IMG/VR virus record: IMGVR_UViG_3300021426_000079
Coordinates: 1 to 64,000 of that record
Reading direction: 5' to 3' (one strand)
Origin: a virus
Taxonomy: Duplodnaviria; Caudoviricetes
DNA length: 64,000 nt
Below are positions 19,359-30,462 of the stretch, in pieces (position 1 is the stretch's first letter; the number at the start of each line of letters is the position of its first letter). The position numbers and the translations under genes were made by a program. The notes below the pieces were generated by a model that had not been told where the DNA came from, made no database searches, and worked only from the letters and a program-made list of their open reading frames with translations.

Positions 19359-21232
19359 AGGTATACACATGCTCGCCAGACGCAGACGAGGTTCAGCGCG
19401 AAGTATATAAGAACTTCCCAAAGGGACATTGGTTAAGCGACCCAAAAAATGTTGACCACTTGCTTCAATGGAACACGTTCTTTCGGCGTAACCTTGAACG
19501 TGTGGCGATTGATTATTTTCAGATTAATCTCTATCCGTACCAAGAAATGATTTTGCACGAAATGGGTGTGTCTAGTGAGAACACGATTCTCGCAAGTCGA
19601 AATACTGCGAAGACTTTTATGACTGCGTTGTTTAGTTGTTGCTATTGTGTGACGCATCCTTATGGAGAAGTGCTGATTTCAGCCTCAACCAAAGGACAGG
19701 CGAATATCATGATTAATACCAAAATCAACAACGAGTTGCGGCACTTATCTCCCGCGCTCGACAAAGAGATTTTGGAAATCAAGAACAACAACGATACGTG
19801 TCAATGTAAATTCAGAAACAATGCGATAATCACTGTAGTAGTTGCAAGCGAAAATTCGCGCGGTAATCGTTCGACGGTATTGATTCGTGAGGAGTATCGA
19901 CAGCTTAAAGCGTCTGTTGATGATAGTGTCCTCGCGCCGTTTCAGCACCCTAGACAAGCACCATATATTCATAAACATCCTTACGACACAATGATTGAGG
20001 AAGAGTTGAAGGAATCAATCAAGCACTCTTCCGATGATAAGACGGTTACCAAATCTGGACTTCTTGAACAGCCGACAGATATCTACATCTCATCTTCTTG
20101 GATTGACACCAAATCGAAAGACGAATTTATCTGGCGCATCGCGGATAACACGATTGCGAATATGGCTAAAGGGCGCGACTCTACGTTCTTGGCGTTTGAT
20201 GAATCTATCGTATTAAAGCATGGTCTTAAAACGATTGAGTTCATGGAAAACGCGAAGCGTAAGACTGACCCGATGGTTTGGCAGACTGAGTATTTAAATT
20301 TGCGTGTGCGCGAAAACACTGCGGCGTTCTTCACCTATAACACGCTTAATAAGAACCGTACTCTTGCACAGGTATGGTATCCGCGTCTTGACTTAGACGT
20401 AATAAATCACAGAAAGAATCCGTATCAAATTGCCAAACAGCAGGAAGAGATACGGATTATATCGTGCGACCTTGCGTTTGTTGAGGGCGCGAAAAACGAT
20501 AATTCTATTTATCTCTGTATGCGTTGTCTTCCAGATGTAATGGAGGTAAACGACGCAGAAAATGGAGATGCGATTAGGCATGGTTTTCATAAGCTAGTCC
20601 CCTATCTTGAACATCACAATGGTATGTCAGCACTGAATCAAGCTGTGCGCATTCGCCAACTGTTTGAGGATTTTCAAGCCGATTATCTAATCTGCGATGC
20701 GCGCTCTGCGGGTGTGGCAATCATCCAGAACTTGTCGAATAGACTGTACGACAAACTGCGCGGACAAGAATATGACGGACTTGGAATTATGAATGACGAG
20801 AAATTAGACAGGTATTCAACTCCCAGTTCGCGTAAAGTAATTTACGCAATGACGGCAAGCAAGAAGTCAAACTCTGACATGGCGTATGATTTGCGGCGTG
20901 CGCTTAATGAAGGAGAAATTGAACTTCCTATTCCTTTCGCTGACGCAGAAACAGCGATACTTGCCAAGAACAAAGATTATATCGGCGCAATCGAAGGTGA
21001 AACACAGGCGTTCTATGAGCGTCCATTCCTAGAGGCGCAACAGCTTGTATCTGAAATGACACAGCTTGTATATACAATGGATATGGCGCAGAATGTCATG
21101 ATTCACGAAACTGGAACGAATCGCAAGGATAGGTTTTCTGCTCTACTGTATGCCAATTTCTTTGCGGATATTATATTGCCGACGCTTATCGGCGGCGGAT
21201 CGTCGCATGAATACCAATGCCTTGCTAATTAA
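19355..21232 (+). CDS. terL: terminase large subunit
   Basis: LYPYQ, ASRNTAKT, RGNR...LIREE, YISSS, SCDLA...ND and KDRFSA motifs. Confidence 0.9.
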   Translation: MKVYTCSPDADEVQREVYKNFPKGHWLSDPKNVDHLLQWNTFFRRNLERVAIDYFQINLYPYQEMILHEMGVSSENTILASRNTAKTFMTALFSCCYCVTHPYGEVLISASTKGQANIMINTKINNELRHLSPALDKEILEIKNNNDTCQCKFRNNAIITVVVASENSRGNRSTVLIREEYRQLKASVDDSVLAPFQHPRQAPYIHKHPYDTMIEEELKESIKHSSDDKTVTKSGLLEQPTDIYISSSWIDTKSKDEFIWRIADNTIANMAKGRDSTFLAFDESIVLKHGLKTIEFMENAKRKTDPMVWQTEYLNLRVRENTAAFFTYNTLNKNRTLAQVWYPRLDLDVINHRKNPYQIAKQQEEIRIISCDLAFVEGAKNDNSIYLCMRCLPDVMEVNDAENGDAIRHGFHKLVPYLEHHNGMSALNQAVRIRQLFEDFQADYLICDARSAGVAIIQNLSNRLYDKLRGQEYDGLGIMNDEKLDRYSTPSSRKVIYAMTASKKSNSDMAYDLRRALNEGEIELPIPFADAETAILAKNKDYIGAIEGETQAFYERPFLEAQQLVSEMTQLVYTMDMAQNVMIHETGTNRKDRFSALLYANFFADIILPTLIGGGSSHEYQCLAN

Positions 21233-21330
21233 TCTTGTCTATAGGACATTATAGCAAACATGATTTAACGGTACATAATTTGTATTTATGCAAAAAGTTG
21301 TATCTTTAAACAATCGAAAGGAGGGTCTAC

Positions 21331-22986
21331 ATGCCCGAAACTGAGAAGGTGCAGAGTAAGCAACCTCCGAAGAAAAATAATTACAGACGGCGCAAACCGA
21401 ATCGTAATTACAAAAATAATACTCAGAGTGCTGTTGAATCCAATGCGTTCAGCAGTATGTATGCAATACAAGTAAGAGATGCTTTGCTGTCTAGCGGAGT
21501 GTTTGAGAAGTACGGCGAAGATGATGTGCTTACCGTGCTTGAAGACCCAATGAACAATTACGAAGAGATGATTAACATTGCCAACTATGTATATAACAAG
21601 TCTGGTATTGTCGGAGGCGCGATTGACTATATGACTGCGCTCCCATGTCTCAATCGTATTGTGGTTCAAACTTCTGACACGCCAACAGGCAACGCAAAGA
21701 AAAATAAAAGTCTTATGACTGCGACAATGCAGACGATAAACGATAAGCAGTTTATCCGTGACGCACTGAATACAGTTATGAGAAACGGTATCTTCTTTTA
21801 CTACTTTGAAACCAAAAAGAAGCAAGGACTTACCGAAAAATATCTTGACGATTTTGATGTACACAATATCTACGAAATCAACGAGGCGGGAATCAATGCC
21901 AATATTATTACTCTTCCGTGGAAATACACGCGAATTGTAGGTAAACGCAATGGGCGTTATGTGCTTGCATTTGATTTAAGGTATTTTGATTATTTCGCCA
22001 CACAGGAAGATCGAGACAGAAAACTTAAAGCCTATCCGCAGGAGATTCAAAAGGCGTATGTCGCTTGGAATCACGGCGCGAACGGTATGAAACAATGGGT
22101 TGTTCTTGACAACAACAAAACGATGTGTGGCAAAATCAAGTGCTACGATTCTGAGCCTTGGGGCAGACCACTGGCAATTACTGCGCTGAATGACCTTATG
22201 TATCAAGGTAGATTTATTGATACGAAGCGTCATGTGCTGAATGAAATCAACCATCAAGTTGTAGTGCATGAACTGCCAGAAGGTGAGCGCAAAGGTACTT
22301 GCGCGCTGACAGAGGCGGGACAGAAACATCAGCATGAAACTGTCAAGAATGCAATTCTGCATAAAAATACATTGGAAGGTACATCCGTCATTAGTGTGGC
22401 GGCAGGTACAAAACTCAGTAATCTCAAACTGGAAACGAATGATATTTTCGACCAGAAGAATGAGGCTGACTTAAATAATACCATTGCGCTTGATATGGGT
22501 ATCTGCGCTTCTCTGCTTGGCTCTATGGCTACAAGTGGCAACTATGCGGCGCAGGTCAACAACCTTCAAATGGTTACGGCACAAGTTTACACGTTTGTCG
22601 AGATGATTGCGCGTGAACTTAACTATGTAATTGATAAGAATATCATTCATAGCAACGCAAAGAGTCATGTCGAGATTTATTACTTCAACAGCAGTTTTGT
22701 CAATCAAAAGGAATCGTTTGAAACCATGAAGTCTCTGTTCACAGAGGCAGGTGGCAGTCTGCGTTTCTTGATTGCTTCTGCGGGAATAGACCCCGATATG
22801 TACTTGAATGTATTGAAATCTGAGTATGATGAGAAACTTTATGATTGGGTGAAACCACATCAGACAAGTTACACATTAAGTAAAAATGATTCAAGCACTG
22901 GCAGACCAGAATCCGACAACCCGACTGATAACACTATGATGTCAAGGGCGAACGGCGCAGATGATTTGCCAAGTCCATCTGACTAA
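21331..22986 (+). CDS. portal protein
   Basis: 551 aa directly after TerL; WGRP motif; C-terminal GRP. Confidence 0.8.
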   Translation: MPETEKVQSKQPPKKNNYRRRKPNRNYKNNTQSAVESNAFSSMYAIQVRDALLSSGVFEKYGEDDVLTVLEDPMNNYEEMINIANYVYNKSGIVGGAIDYMTALPCLNRIVVQTSDTPTGNAKKNKSLMTATMQTINDKQFIRDALNTVMRNGIFFYYFETKKKQGLTEKYLDDFDVHNIYEINEAGINANIITLPWKYTRIVGKRNGRYVLAFDLRYFDYFATQEDRDRKLKAYPQEIQKAYVAWNHGANGMKQWVVLDNNKTMCGKIKCYDSEPWGRPLAITALNDLMYQGRFIDTKRHVLNEINHQVVVHELPEGERKGTCALTEAGQKHQHETVKNAILHKNTLEGTSVISVAAGTKLSNLKLETNDIFDQKNEADLNNTIALDMGICASLLGSMATSGNYAAQVNNLQMVTAQVYTFVEMIARELNYVIDKNIIHSNAKSHVEIYYFNSSFVNQKESFETMKSLFTEAGGSLRFLIASAGIDPDMYLNVLKSEYDEKLYDWVKPHQTSYTLSKNDSSTGRPESDNPTDNTMMSRANGADDLPSPSD

Positions 22987-23005
22987 GACGATATAGGAGG
23001 AAGTC

Positions 23006-24184
23006 ATGTCAAACATTAATGGTCGAATCCTAGAAATTTCGTCTGATGATAACAGTAAACTGGCAGGACGTAGCAGAATCAAACTGATACTCCATACGAT
23101 TTACCCCGATGATTCGCACGAAACAAACTCCAATGGTATTCATTGGGTGCGCAAATATACTGAGGCGAATCTGGTATCCGTGCAAGGTATGCCGATTGCG
23201 GTAAGTTTTGCGGATGACGAAAAGTCCATACCTCTCGGTCATGGTAATATCGAATTTCGCAAAGAGAACGGCAAGGTAACTCCTGTTTTTGAAGGGAGCG
23301 AAACTGTCGGTCATATCGAATCTGCTTCTATCCAGACCTTATCAATAGATGGAGTAGAACAGACAGTTCTTGTCGGCGACGGCGTTCTTTATAATCAACG
23401 TTACCCGAATTTTGTTGACTACTGCAAAGAAGCAATCTTGCTTGGATCTCTGAAAGCAAGTATTGAGATTTGCGGAACTGACGAAAATGACGGCAATATT
23501 ATTTACGACGGAGAGCGCACTGACGCATTTCGTATTCCTATGGTCTATGACTACAGCGGAATTGCGATTCTTGGCGTTAAAGAAGCTGACGAAAACTGCT
23601 ATGTCATTGAAGTAAATGAAAAGATATCAGACGAAGACAAGAAGGAGGTTAATCCTATAATGAATGAGGATGTAATTAAAGCACTCATTAGTGACACCAT
23701 CCGTGAGGCTCTTTGCAGAAACGAAGAGTACGAATCGAAGATGTCCGAACTGAACGCACAGCTTGACACTATGAAGAGCGAGTGCGCCGCTAAAGATGCG
23801 CAGATTGCAGAACTCAACGCACAGATTGAAGCTAGTAAGAAAGACGCTGAGTCTTGCGCGGCTGACCTTGAGAAATGCAATTCTGAACTGAACGAGATTA
23901 AGAAGACCAATGCACTGAACGCACTGAATGATGCTCTGGCTAAATTCAGCGAGGACGAGCAGAAGGTCGCGGAAGTTGAAATCAATGCTTACAAAGAGAA
24001 TCCGCTTGAGGGAAATCTTGATGTAATCAATACCAAGATTCTTGCAGGTATCGGCGAAGCGAAGATGAAAGCTGACGAAGAGGCAAAGATTGCGGCTGAG
24101 ACTAACGCCGCGAAGGATGATTCTCTTGACATTTTCGGCGCAGTTGGAACTGACCCGAATGGCGCAGACGAGTCGATTTTCTAA
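23006..24184 (+). CDS. prohead protease/scaffold
   Basis: NSNG, GMPI, GHG and SIEI motifs plus coiled-coil C-terminus. Confidence 0.75.
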   Translation: MSNINGRILEISSDDNSKLAGRSRIKLILHTIYPDDSHETNSNGIHWVRKYTEANLVSVQGMPIAVSFADDEKSIPLGHGNIEFRKENGKVTPVFEGSETVGHIESASIQTLSIDGVEQTVLVGDGVLYNQRYPNFVDYCKEAILLGSLKASIEICGTDENDGNIIYDGERTDAFRIPMVYDYSGIAILGVKEADENCYVIEVNEKISDEDKKEVNPIMNEDVIKALISDTIREALCRNEEYESKMSELNAQLDTMKSECAAKDAQIAELNAQIEASKKDAESCAADLEKCNSELNEIKKTNALNALNDALAKFSEDEQKVAEVEINAYKENPLEGNLDVINTKILAGIGEAKMKADEEAKIAAETNAAKDDSLDIFGAVGTDPNGADESIF

Positions 24185-24241
24185 AACAAAATACTTTTGT
24201 AATTCTATCTAAAACATAGGAAATTCAAGGAGGATTAAGGT

Positions 24242-24658
24242 ATGTATAAGTTTCACAAACTGAACGGAATTAGTAAGCATATTTACGAGTCCGTTGTTGC
24301 AGGTGCAGATATTCAGAATGGTCGGCTCGGTACTGTTGCTGGTGGCAAGTTCACTGTTTCCGCTGACGGTACTTATGCTGTAATGCAGATTGCAAAGGGA
24401 GATGTTACTTCCGCTGATTTCGATATCGCAAAGGGCGAGGATGTTCGCGTCGTAGAACTGGCAAAGGTTGGCGACGAGGAACTGGATGTATCCGCTACTT
24501 CTCTTGCTGATTCTGTAGATGTATCTAAGCTGACGACTGCATCTAAACTGGCATCCGATTCTGAGGGTAAACTGGTTGTTTCTGAGACTGGTAAACTTCA
24601 GTTCGTTAAGGCTATCGAGTTTGACGGCAAGGGTATTGTCGTTAAGGTTGTAGCGTAA
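24242..24658 (+). CDS. head decoration/cement protein
   Basis: lies between protease and capsid genes; highly biased codon usage. Confidence 0.6.
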   Translation: MYKFHKLNGISKHIYESVVAGADIQNGRLGTVAGGKFTVSADGTYAVMQIAKGDVTSADFDIAKGEDVRVVELAKVGDEELDVSATSLADSVDVSKLTTASKLASDSEGKLVVSETGKLQFVKAIEFDGKGIVVKVVA

Positions 24659-24693
24659 CTCATAACTACAATATCGAAAGGAGAATAAAATAA

Positions 24694-25797
24694 ATGTCTG
24701 TTAATTATAGCATTGAGATGAATAATGCACATAAGGACAGCGCATCTGTGCGCGATAAATTTCATAAGGGTCGCCCTGTTGTAGAGGTATTCTCCTCTAT
24801 GGTTAAGGGTGAGCCGATTGCTACCCATGTTGACGCAAAACTGGCTGACAAGGCTATGGACTACATCAAGGGTCTTGGCGAGAAAGCATCCGCAGGTGAC
24901 ACCTCTGCTATGGCAGAACTGAACGCTCTGCGTGTTATCGAGATTCAGCCGATTCTGCAAGAGGAAATCAAACTGCTCGGAATCTTTGGTTCTTATCAGA
25001 ACATGGGATGGGACGAGACTATCTACATTGAGACTTACAAGCACACCGCACAGTCTGTGAATCAGCAGGCAGAGGGTGTTGATGTAACATTCCCGACCAT
25101 CGTTAAGGATCGTTACCCGATTGCTCCTGTGACTATCTCTGGTGGTTACAGCGTGAACTATCGTCAGCTTGCTGTTGGCGACGCTTCCAAAGAGAATGAG
25201 GGTATGAACGAAGTTCGTAAGATGATTATGAACAAGGCTGTTCTGTATGTTGCCAAGACTATCGTTGACAAGATTCAGAACGCAAAGGGCGTTAAGTATT
25301 TCTATGAGAACGAGGGTCTTGTGAAGGAAGATGTTGACGCACTTCTGACCAAGATTCGTAGATTTGGGCGTCCGTCCGTTCTTGGTGACTATGCTCTTCT
25401 GAGCGAGTTCACTCCGTGGGCGGGATTCAACTCTACTGTTTCTGGTATCAAGGGTATCTCCGATGCTCTTATCAACGAGATTAACGACAATGGATTCCTT
25501 GCACGTTACAACGGCGCAATCCTGTCCGAAATCCCGAACCCGTATGATCTGACTCAGATTGACGGCGATAACTTCAAGCCGCTGTTCCCTGCCGGAGTTG
25601 GCTTTGTCGTGCCGCAGGGTGGACAGACTTCTGCAATTCAGACCTTCACACAGGGTGGTCTTACTTCCTTCTCTGGTAACGATGTTGTTACTGGTGAGAC
25701 TATGACCAGATTTGACCTTGCTGTTGCGGCTGATGTTGCAAAGGGTCGTGAGTACGAAGTCGGCGTTATCGTTGATAGCAAACTTGGCACTCTGTAA
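24694..25797 (+). CDS. major capsid protein
   Basis: 367 aa, synteny, biased codons, terminator follows. Confidence 0.8.
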   Translation: MSVNYSIEMNNAHKDSASVRDKFHKGRPVVEVFSSMVKGEPIATHVDAKLADKAMDYIKGLGEKASAGDTSAMAELNALRVIEIQPILQEEIKLLGIFGSYQNMGWDETIYIETYKHTAQSVNQQAEGVDVTFPTIVKDRYPIAPVTISGGYSVNYRQLAVGDASKENEGMNEVRKMIMNKAVLYVAKTIVDKIQNAKGVKYFYENEGLVKEDVDALLTKIRRFGRPSVLGDYALLSEFTPWAGFNSTVSGIKGISDALINEINDNGFLARYNGAILSEIPNPYDLTQIDGDNFKPLFPAGVGFVVPQGGQTSAIQTFTQGGLTSFSGNDVVTGETMTRFDLAVAADVAKGREYEVGVIVDSKLGTL

Positions 25798-25836
25798 TTA
25801 AAAACATACACTAAATCTTAAATAGATTCATTAACG

Positions 25837-25865
25837 TGGGAGGCTCTTAGTAGTCTCCCATTTTT
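25837..25865 (+). terminator. intrinsic terminator
   Basis: TGGGAGGC...GTCTCCCA hairpin plus T-tract. Confidence 0.7.
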
Positions 25866-25877
25866 AAGGATTACGAC

Positions 25878-26072
25878 ATGGAAGAAAAACATAGTAACAT
25901 CTTTTTCTGCTATTCGTGGAAATTGTGTTCTTTCCTTCGTGCGCTTGGGTTTCAATACAAAGATATTAACGTAAACAAAGTCAGTAATCATAGGTACTGG
26001 ACATTTGAGTATTCGCCGCAGTTCCGCGAGGCTCTGGCTCTGTATACCGAATTGAAGCACAAGTTTAATTAA
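25878..26072 (+). CDS. DUF5659-like small protein
   Basis: FFCYS...L..FL...G...YWTF pattern. Confidence 0.5.
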   Translation: MEEKHSNIFFCYSWKLCSFLRALGFQYKDINVNKVSNHRYWTFEYSPQFREALALYTELKHKFN

Positions 26073-26114
26073 TACAAATACTTGATATGTACGAACTAAT
26101 TGAAAGGATTAAGA

Positions 26115-26645
26115 ATGGAGAATACAAAGTCAACAACTACAAAAACAAAAACTACTTCTCCGCGCGCGAAACAGGCGACTGAAACCAAAGAAGAACTGAA
26201 CATGAATGACAAGGTTGAGGTATTTAATATCGCGCCTTGGCACGTATCGTTCTCTTCAACAAACAATGCGGCTGTGCAGTTTGCACCAAGCGGAAGTCTT
26301 CGACTGCGCCGTGACGAGATTGTAAATCAAGTTGAGCGCGGCAATCGACTTTTCACTGGTATTGATAATGAGGGTGGTCACGCCACTCTATATATCAATG
26401 ACGCTCCGACACGCGAGTATCTGCGCTTTGACGAAGACGGCAGACCACAGAACTTCCTCACCGAAGATAAGGTAAAGGAACTGTGCGCGATTTCAAATAT
26501 CAATACGTTCAAGAGCAAAGTGAAGAATGAAGTAGTAACCAGAGCAGAAAAGGCGTACATGCTGAAATGTATGGAAGACCTGCATATCAACGACTACGAC
26601 AAGCGGATTTTTGTCGAAAGTCATTGCCAGTTTTCACTTTTCTAA
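26115..26645 (+). CDS. head-associated hypothetical protein
   Basis: MENTKS start; synteny. Confidence 0.7.
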   Translation: MENTKSTTTKTKTTSPRAKQATETKEELNMNDKVEVFNIAPWHVSFSSTNNAAVQFAPSGSLRLRRDEIVNQVERGNRLFTGIDNEGGHATLYINDAPTREYLRFDEDGRPQNFLTEDKVKELCAISNINTFKSKVKNEVVTRAEKAYMLKCMEDLHINDYDKRIFVESHCQFSLF

Positions 26646-26663
26646 ATTAAGGGGAAGACAATC

Positions 26664-27110
26664 ATGGGTATTACAACTGCATACGTTAAAGATATGTTTG
26701 AGTCTGCGATAATCAGTAGAACGATTATACCCGATGATCTGGAAGATATATGGCTGAAACGTGCAGTTGCGAGATATGCTTTTGAAATTTATCCAATAAC
26801 ATATGACGAGAGTGAAGGTACGATTACAGTGCCGACTTTTGACGCGCTGACAGACGACGATGTTAAAAACACATTGTACGAAATCACTGCCGATACTCTC
26901 GCATTGTATATGCAACTTTTCTGGAAGGAAAGGGATAAGGCAAGAATTAATAATCGTTCGCAGATTGTCACTAAGGATTTAAGCCTTAATGGTGGCGGCG
27001 CGATTTACTCCGCTGTCAAGAGCGATTACGAACAGATTCAAGCTGATATTGCCGACCATATTCAAAAGCTGAAAACACCTGCGTACTCTTCAACCGAAGA
27101 AGAAGATTAA
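26664..27110 (+). CDS. putative head-tail adaptor
   Basis: synteny and size. Confidence 0.55.
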   Translation: MGITTAYVKDMFESAIISRTIIPDDLEDIWLKRAVARYAFEIYPITYDESEGTITVPTFDALTDDDVKNTLYEITADTLALYMQLFWKERDKARINNRSQIVTKDLSLNGGGAIYSAVKSDYEQIQADIADHIQKLKTPAYSSTEEED

Positions 27111-27122
27111 GGAGGTTAAGCA

Positions 27123-28184
27123 TTGAAAGAATGGTACTTAGCTTCCGAACAGTCAAGAGGTGACACTGGCGTTTCAGACCTTGCAGATATTTTGAGTAGC
27201 GACGGAATGGCGGCACTTGACGAGATTATGGATACTGGTATACGAAATACCGTTAAAATCTACGACTCTGATATGTCGAATGAGAAAACCGTCGATTGCA
27301 TCATATCTAACAAGTCAGTTAATACCTACTTAGGAACGCACACGGTTCAGATGCTTTGCCATCCGAATACGATTAAGGCGGGTAAGTACGTTAAGTATAA
27401 TGGCAGATATTGGCTGACGATGGGACTGGTAGAGAATATTTACGACATTTACGAGAAGATTATTCTTGCATTGTGTCAGATTGAAGTGAAGTGGCAGAAT
27501 GAGACTGGCGCGGTAATTAAACGTTGGGCTAATGCAAATTCAGCGTCGAAATACGATACTGGACTTACGCCAACATATTACTACACGACTGCCAGTAACA
27601 ACTTCACGTTAATCTTTCCGTCCGACGACGAGGTTAATAAACTATATCAGAAACGTGTATTTCTTGGCGACCACGACTTAGAGAACAAAGTTTTCAAGAT
27701 TACGCGAGACGATGACATATTGTATATGTACGGAGACAACGGTGAATGTGATTCGTTCATTGTTGCACGTGACAAATTTCATCCAGAGGCAGACAGGCTA
27801 GACCTTGGTCTGTGTGATTATTTCGAGCCAAAGGACATTTCTGGCAACGAGAAATGGCTAATCGGGGGAGACTCCGTGCTTTATTCGGGATTACAAGGTG
27901 AGTTCTCTATCGAGCATTATACCGATGGCGCGCCGACTGACGCTGACTATTCGGTAGAAGTTGATGCGCACTCTTCTGCTCTGGACGCTGAATGGAGTAA
28001 CAGCGACGGTGCTGTGTCTTGCAAGGTAACTACAAGAAATGGTGAGACTACAATATCTGGCGGCGGCAAGTTACTTTTGACCGCTAACGACACAGATGAT
28101 ATTGGTAACACAATCACTATCAATGTTATTCACGATGGTACAAACGTTGCATCCAAAAACGTTGCGGTAGAAAATTTCGTCTAA
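27123..28184 (+). CDS. putative head closure/neck protein
   Basis: synteny; beta-rich C-terminal domain. Confidence 0.55.
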   Translation: MKEWYLASEQSRGDTGVSDLADILSSDGMAALDEIMDTGIRNTVKIYDSDMSNEKTVDCIISNKSVNTYLGTHTVQMLCHPNTIKAGKYVKYNGRYWLTMGLVENIYDIYEKIILALCQIEVKWQNETGAVIKRWANANSASKYDTGLTPTYYYTTASNNFTLIFPSDDEVNKLYQKRVFLGDHDLENKVFKITRDDDILYMYGDNGECDSFIVARDKFHPEADRLDLGLCDYFEPKDISGNEKWLIGGDSVLYSGLQGEFSIEHYTDGAPTDADYSVEVDAHSSALDAEWSNSDGAVSCKVTTRNGETTISGGGKLLLTANDTDDIGNTITINVIHDGTNVASKNVAVENFV

Positions 28185-28196
28185 TGGAGGTGCTGA

Positions 28197-28682
28197 ATGG
28201 CTGTTAAAGATATTGGTCATTACAAGAATATCATAAACAAAGCACTCTACGCGGACGATAATTTGCGAGTAGCGTTGCTTGGCAAAAACTATAAAACAGA
28301 ACTAACAACCGAAAGTGCTGTCATTAAAAGTCTACATGAACATATCAAATCGCATTTATTTATTGACGAACCGATTCTCAAAACGTTCTCATATGTCATG
28401 TACGATGTGGTAATACCAACTTCGTATGATAAGATTCAGACCATGCAGTTAGTCGTGTATGTATTCTGCGACAAAGACTGTATCGACAATCTGAATGTGA
28501 AAAACTATGAGGGCAATCGCAACGATATCATCTGCGAAATCGTCGATGGTATTCTGACGAGAAATGATTTAAGGAGAACATATGGTATAGGAAAATTGGA
28601 GTTATCCAAACTGGATTTGTTTGAAAGGCAACAGACTGTGGCGGGTAAGATTCTTACTTATGCAGTCCCGAATTTTGCATGA
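28197..28682 (+). CDS. putative tail terminator/completion protein
   Basis: synteny. Confidence 0.5.
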   Translation: MAVKDIGHYKNIINKALYADDNLRVALLGKNYKTELTTESAVIKSLHEHIKSHLFIDEPILKTFSYVMYDVVIPTSYDKIQTMQLVVYVFCDKDCIDNLNVKNYEGNRNDIICEIVDGILTRNDLRRTYGIGKLELSKLDLFERQQTVAGKILTYAVPNFA

Positions 28683-29491
28683 AGCTATCCTACTCTGAAC
28701 TGAATGATAGAAATGACATTTCTATTGATACCGAAGGGCAGCACGTTGGGTATCTCCGCAAATTCCCTATCTCAGAAATAAGCCAGAACTACAGCACATA
28801 TAGTCTATACCTTGACATTATGACTATGACCACGGCGGGTTACTTTGAGCGCAAAAAGAAATTAGAAGAATATGATGCTCTGCCTATTGATGAAAAGAGC
28901 AAACTCAATGTGTTTACTCTTCTCTCGCACGACCAAGAATATCAATGGATGTTTTTGGCGGCACTCAATTTCTTTTTCAGAGAGAGTGTTCAATATGACC
29001 CAACGGCGAATATGTACATAACGTATGAAGTGAAGGATGGAGAACCGAAAGCTATCGGCGCGATTACTTACACGATGTGGGGTGAAATATCGGAAATGAT
29101 TGCGCAGATGAATCATGTGTCTATTGAAATGGACGAACAGGATTTATCAAAAGCCGCCGACGAGCGCACCAAGAAAGTTATGGAGAAATTGCGTAAGGGG
29201 CGCAAGGCTCTCAAAAAGGCGCGCGAAAAGACGAACGGCGCACGGATGGAATTAGGTAATCTGACTTCAATTATCGCCACGTTTGTCAATGGATACAACT
29301 ATATGAACGTTTATGATTTGACTGTATTTCAACTGTATGATACTTACAATCGTTTTCTTATGGGCGATGTGTACGAAATCAATCGTATGGCAGTGTCCGT
29401 ATGGGGCGATAAAGAGAAGAAGTTCGACTTGTATGCGAGACAAGAAAATTTGACTGTAGACAAAAACGAAAATAAAGTTAGCGAAAGCTAA
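28679..29491 (+). CDS. conserved virion-morphogenesis hypothetical protein
   Basis: VYDLTVFQLYD motif; upstream of the major tail gene. Confidence 0.6.
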   Translation: MKLSYSELNDRNDISIDTEGQHVGYLRKFPISEISQNYSTYSLYLDIMTMTTAGYFERKKKLEEYDALPIDEKSKLNVFTLLSHDQEYQWMFLAALNFFFRESVQYDPTANMYITYEVKDGEPKAIGAITYTMWGEISEMIAQMNHVSIEMDEQDLSKAADERTKKVMEKLRKGRKALKKAREKTNGARMELGNLTSIIATFVNGYNYMNVYDLTVFQLYDTYNRFLMGDVYEINRMAVSVWGDKEKKFDLYARQENLTVDKNENKVSES

Positions 29492-29533
29492 CTATAAATA
29501 CAATGAGTAAATCTATTCAAGGAGGATTAATAA

Positions 29534-30259
29534 ATGTCTGGTTATAATATGGCTAACCGCGAGGTTTGCAATCTGATTTGGCTTGACTATACGACCAAGA
29601 AACCTGCGCATTACATGGACTATGCCAATACGACCACAACCAACTTTGAGGGTGAGACTGTTTACGCTTACGGCGGTATGGGACATCCGAAGAGAGTTGC
29701 GTTCGACGGCGACAAGGGTGGTACTGTTGAGATTGAGACTCAGATGCAGAACTACGAACTCTTCCAGATTCTTACTGGTGGAGATGCAACAAAGACTGCA
29801 AAGTATTATGTCCGCGAGAAAGCTACTGCTTCCGCAGAGGGCGCAATCACTCTGAGTGCTACCCCTGTTGAGGGTACTGCTGTCGCGTTCCTTGCTGACG
29901 ACGACTGCGGCACTGTACTGGAAACTACTGGTAGTGGCACGACTCTGACCGCCGCTACTGCAAAGGGTAAGGATGTTGTTGTGTATTACATGAAGCAGGT
30001 TGAGGGCGTTAAGGCTATCAGCGTTAAGTCCACTTCCTTCCCGCACGACTACATCGTTTATGGCGATACCATTGATAAGGGAGAGGACGGCAAGTTCTAC
30101 ACCTTCCGTCAGACATTCTACCATCTGCATCCGCAGACAAACTTCTCTATCGGTTTTGCCAACAACGGCGATCCTGCTTCTATTACTCTAACCTGCGATA
30201 TCCTTGCCGACAAGGATAACAACTTCGTAGACATGGTAATCGAAGACCCGATTGACTAA
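29534..30259 (+). CDS. major tail protein
   Basis: ANREV...VYAYGG...GDPASITLTCD; biased codons. Confidence 0.8.
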   Translation: MSGYNMANREVCNLIWLDYTTKKPAHYMDYANTTTTNFEGETVYAYGGMGHPKRVAFDGDKGGTVEIETQMQNYELFQILTGGDATKTAKYYVREKATASAEGAITLSATPVEGTAVAFLADDDCGTVLETTGSGTTLTAATAKGKDVVVYYMKQVEGVKAISVKSTSFPHDYIVYGDTIDKGEDGKFYTFRQTFYHLHPQTNFSIGFANNGDPASITLTCDILADKDNNFVDMVIEDPID

Positions 30260-30281
30260 CAACTAGCGATGAAGTAAATGG

Positions 30282-30456
30282 GATGGTTCGCAACCATCGG
30301 GAGCGTCCGCTATACACGTTGATGTATAGGAGTATGGAATACGTGCGCAATTTGCATTGGAAACAGAAATCCAGAAGGACGGGGAGCGCGAGTCAGCGTG
30401 TGGAGAGGCTGATATTTAAATAACTATTATGTGCGGCTGACTTCGGTTGGTCGCAC
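30282..30456 (+). ncRNA. candidate structured ncRNA
   Basis: several stems visible; see finding. Confidence 0.45.
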
Positions 30457-30462
30457 TATTGA

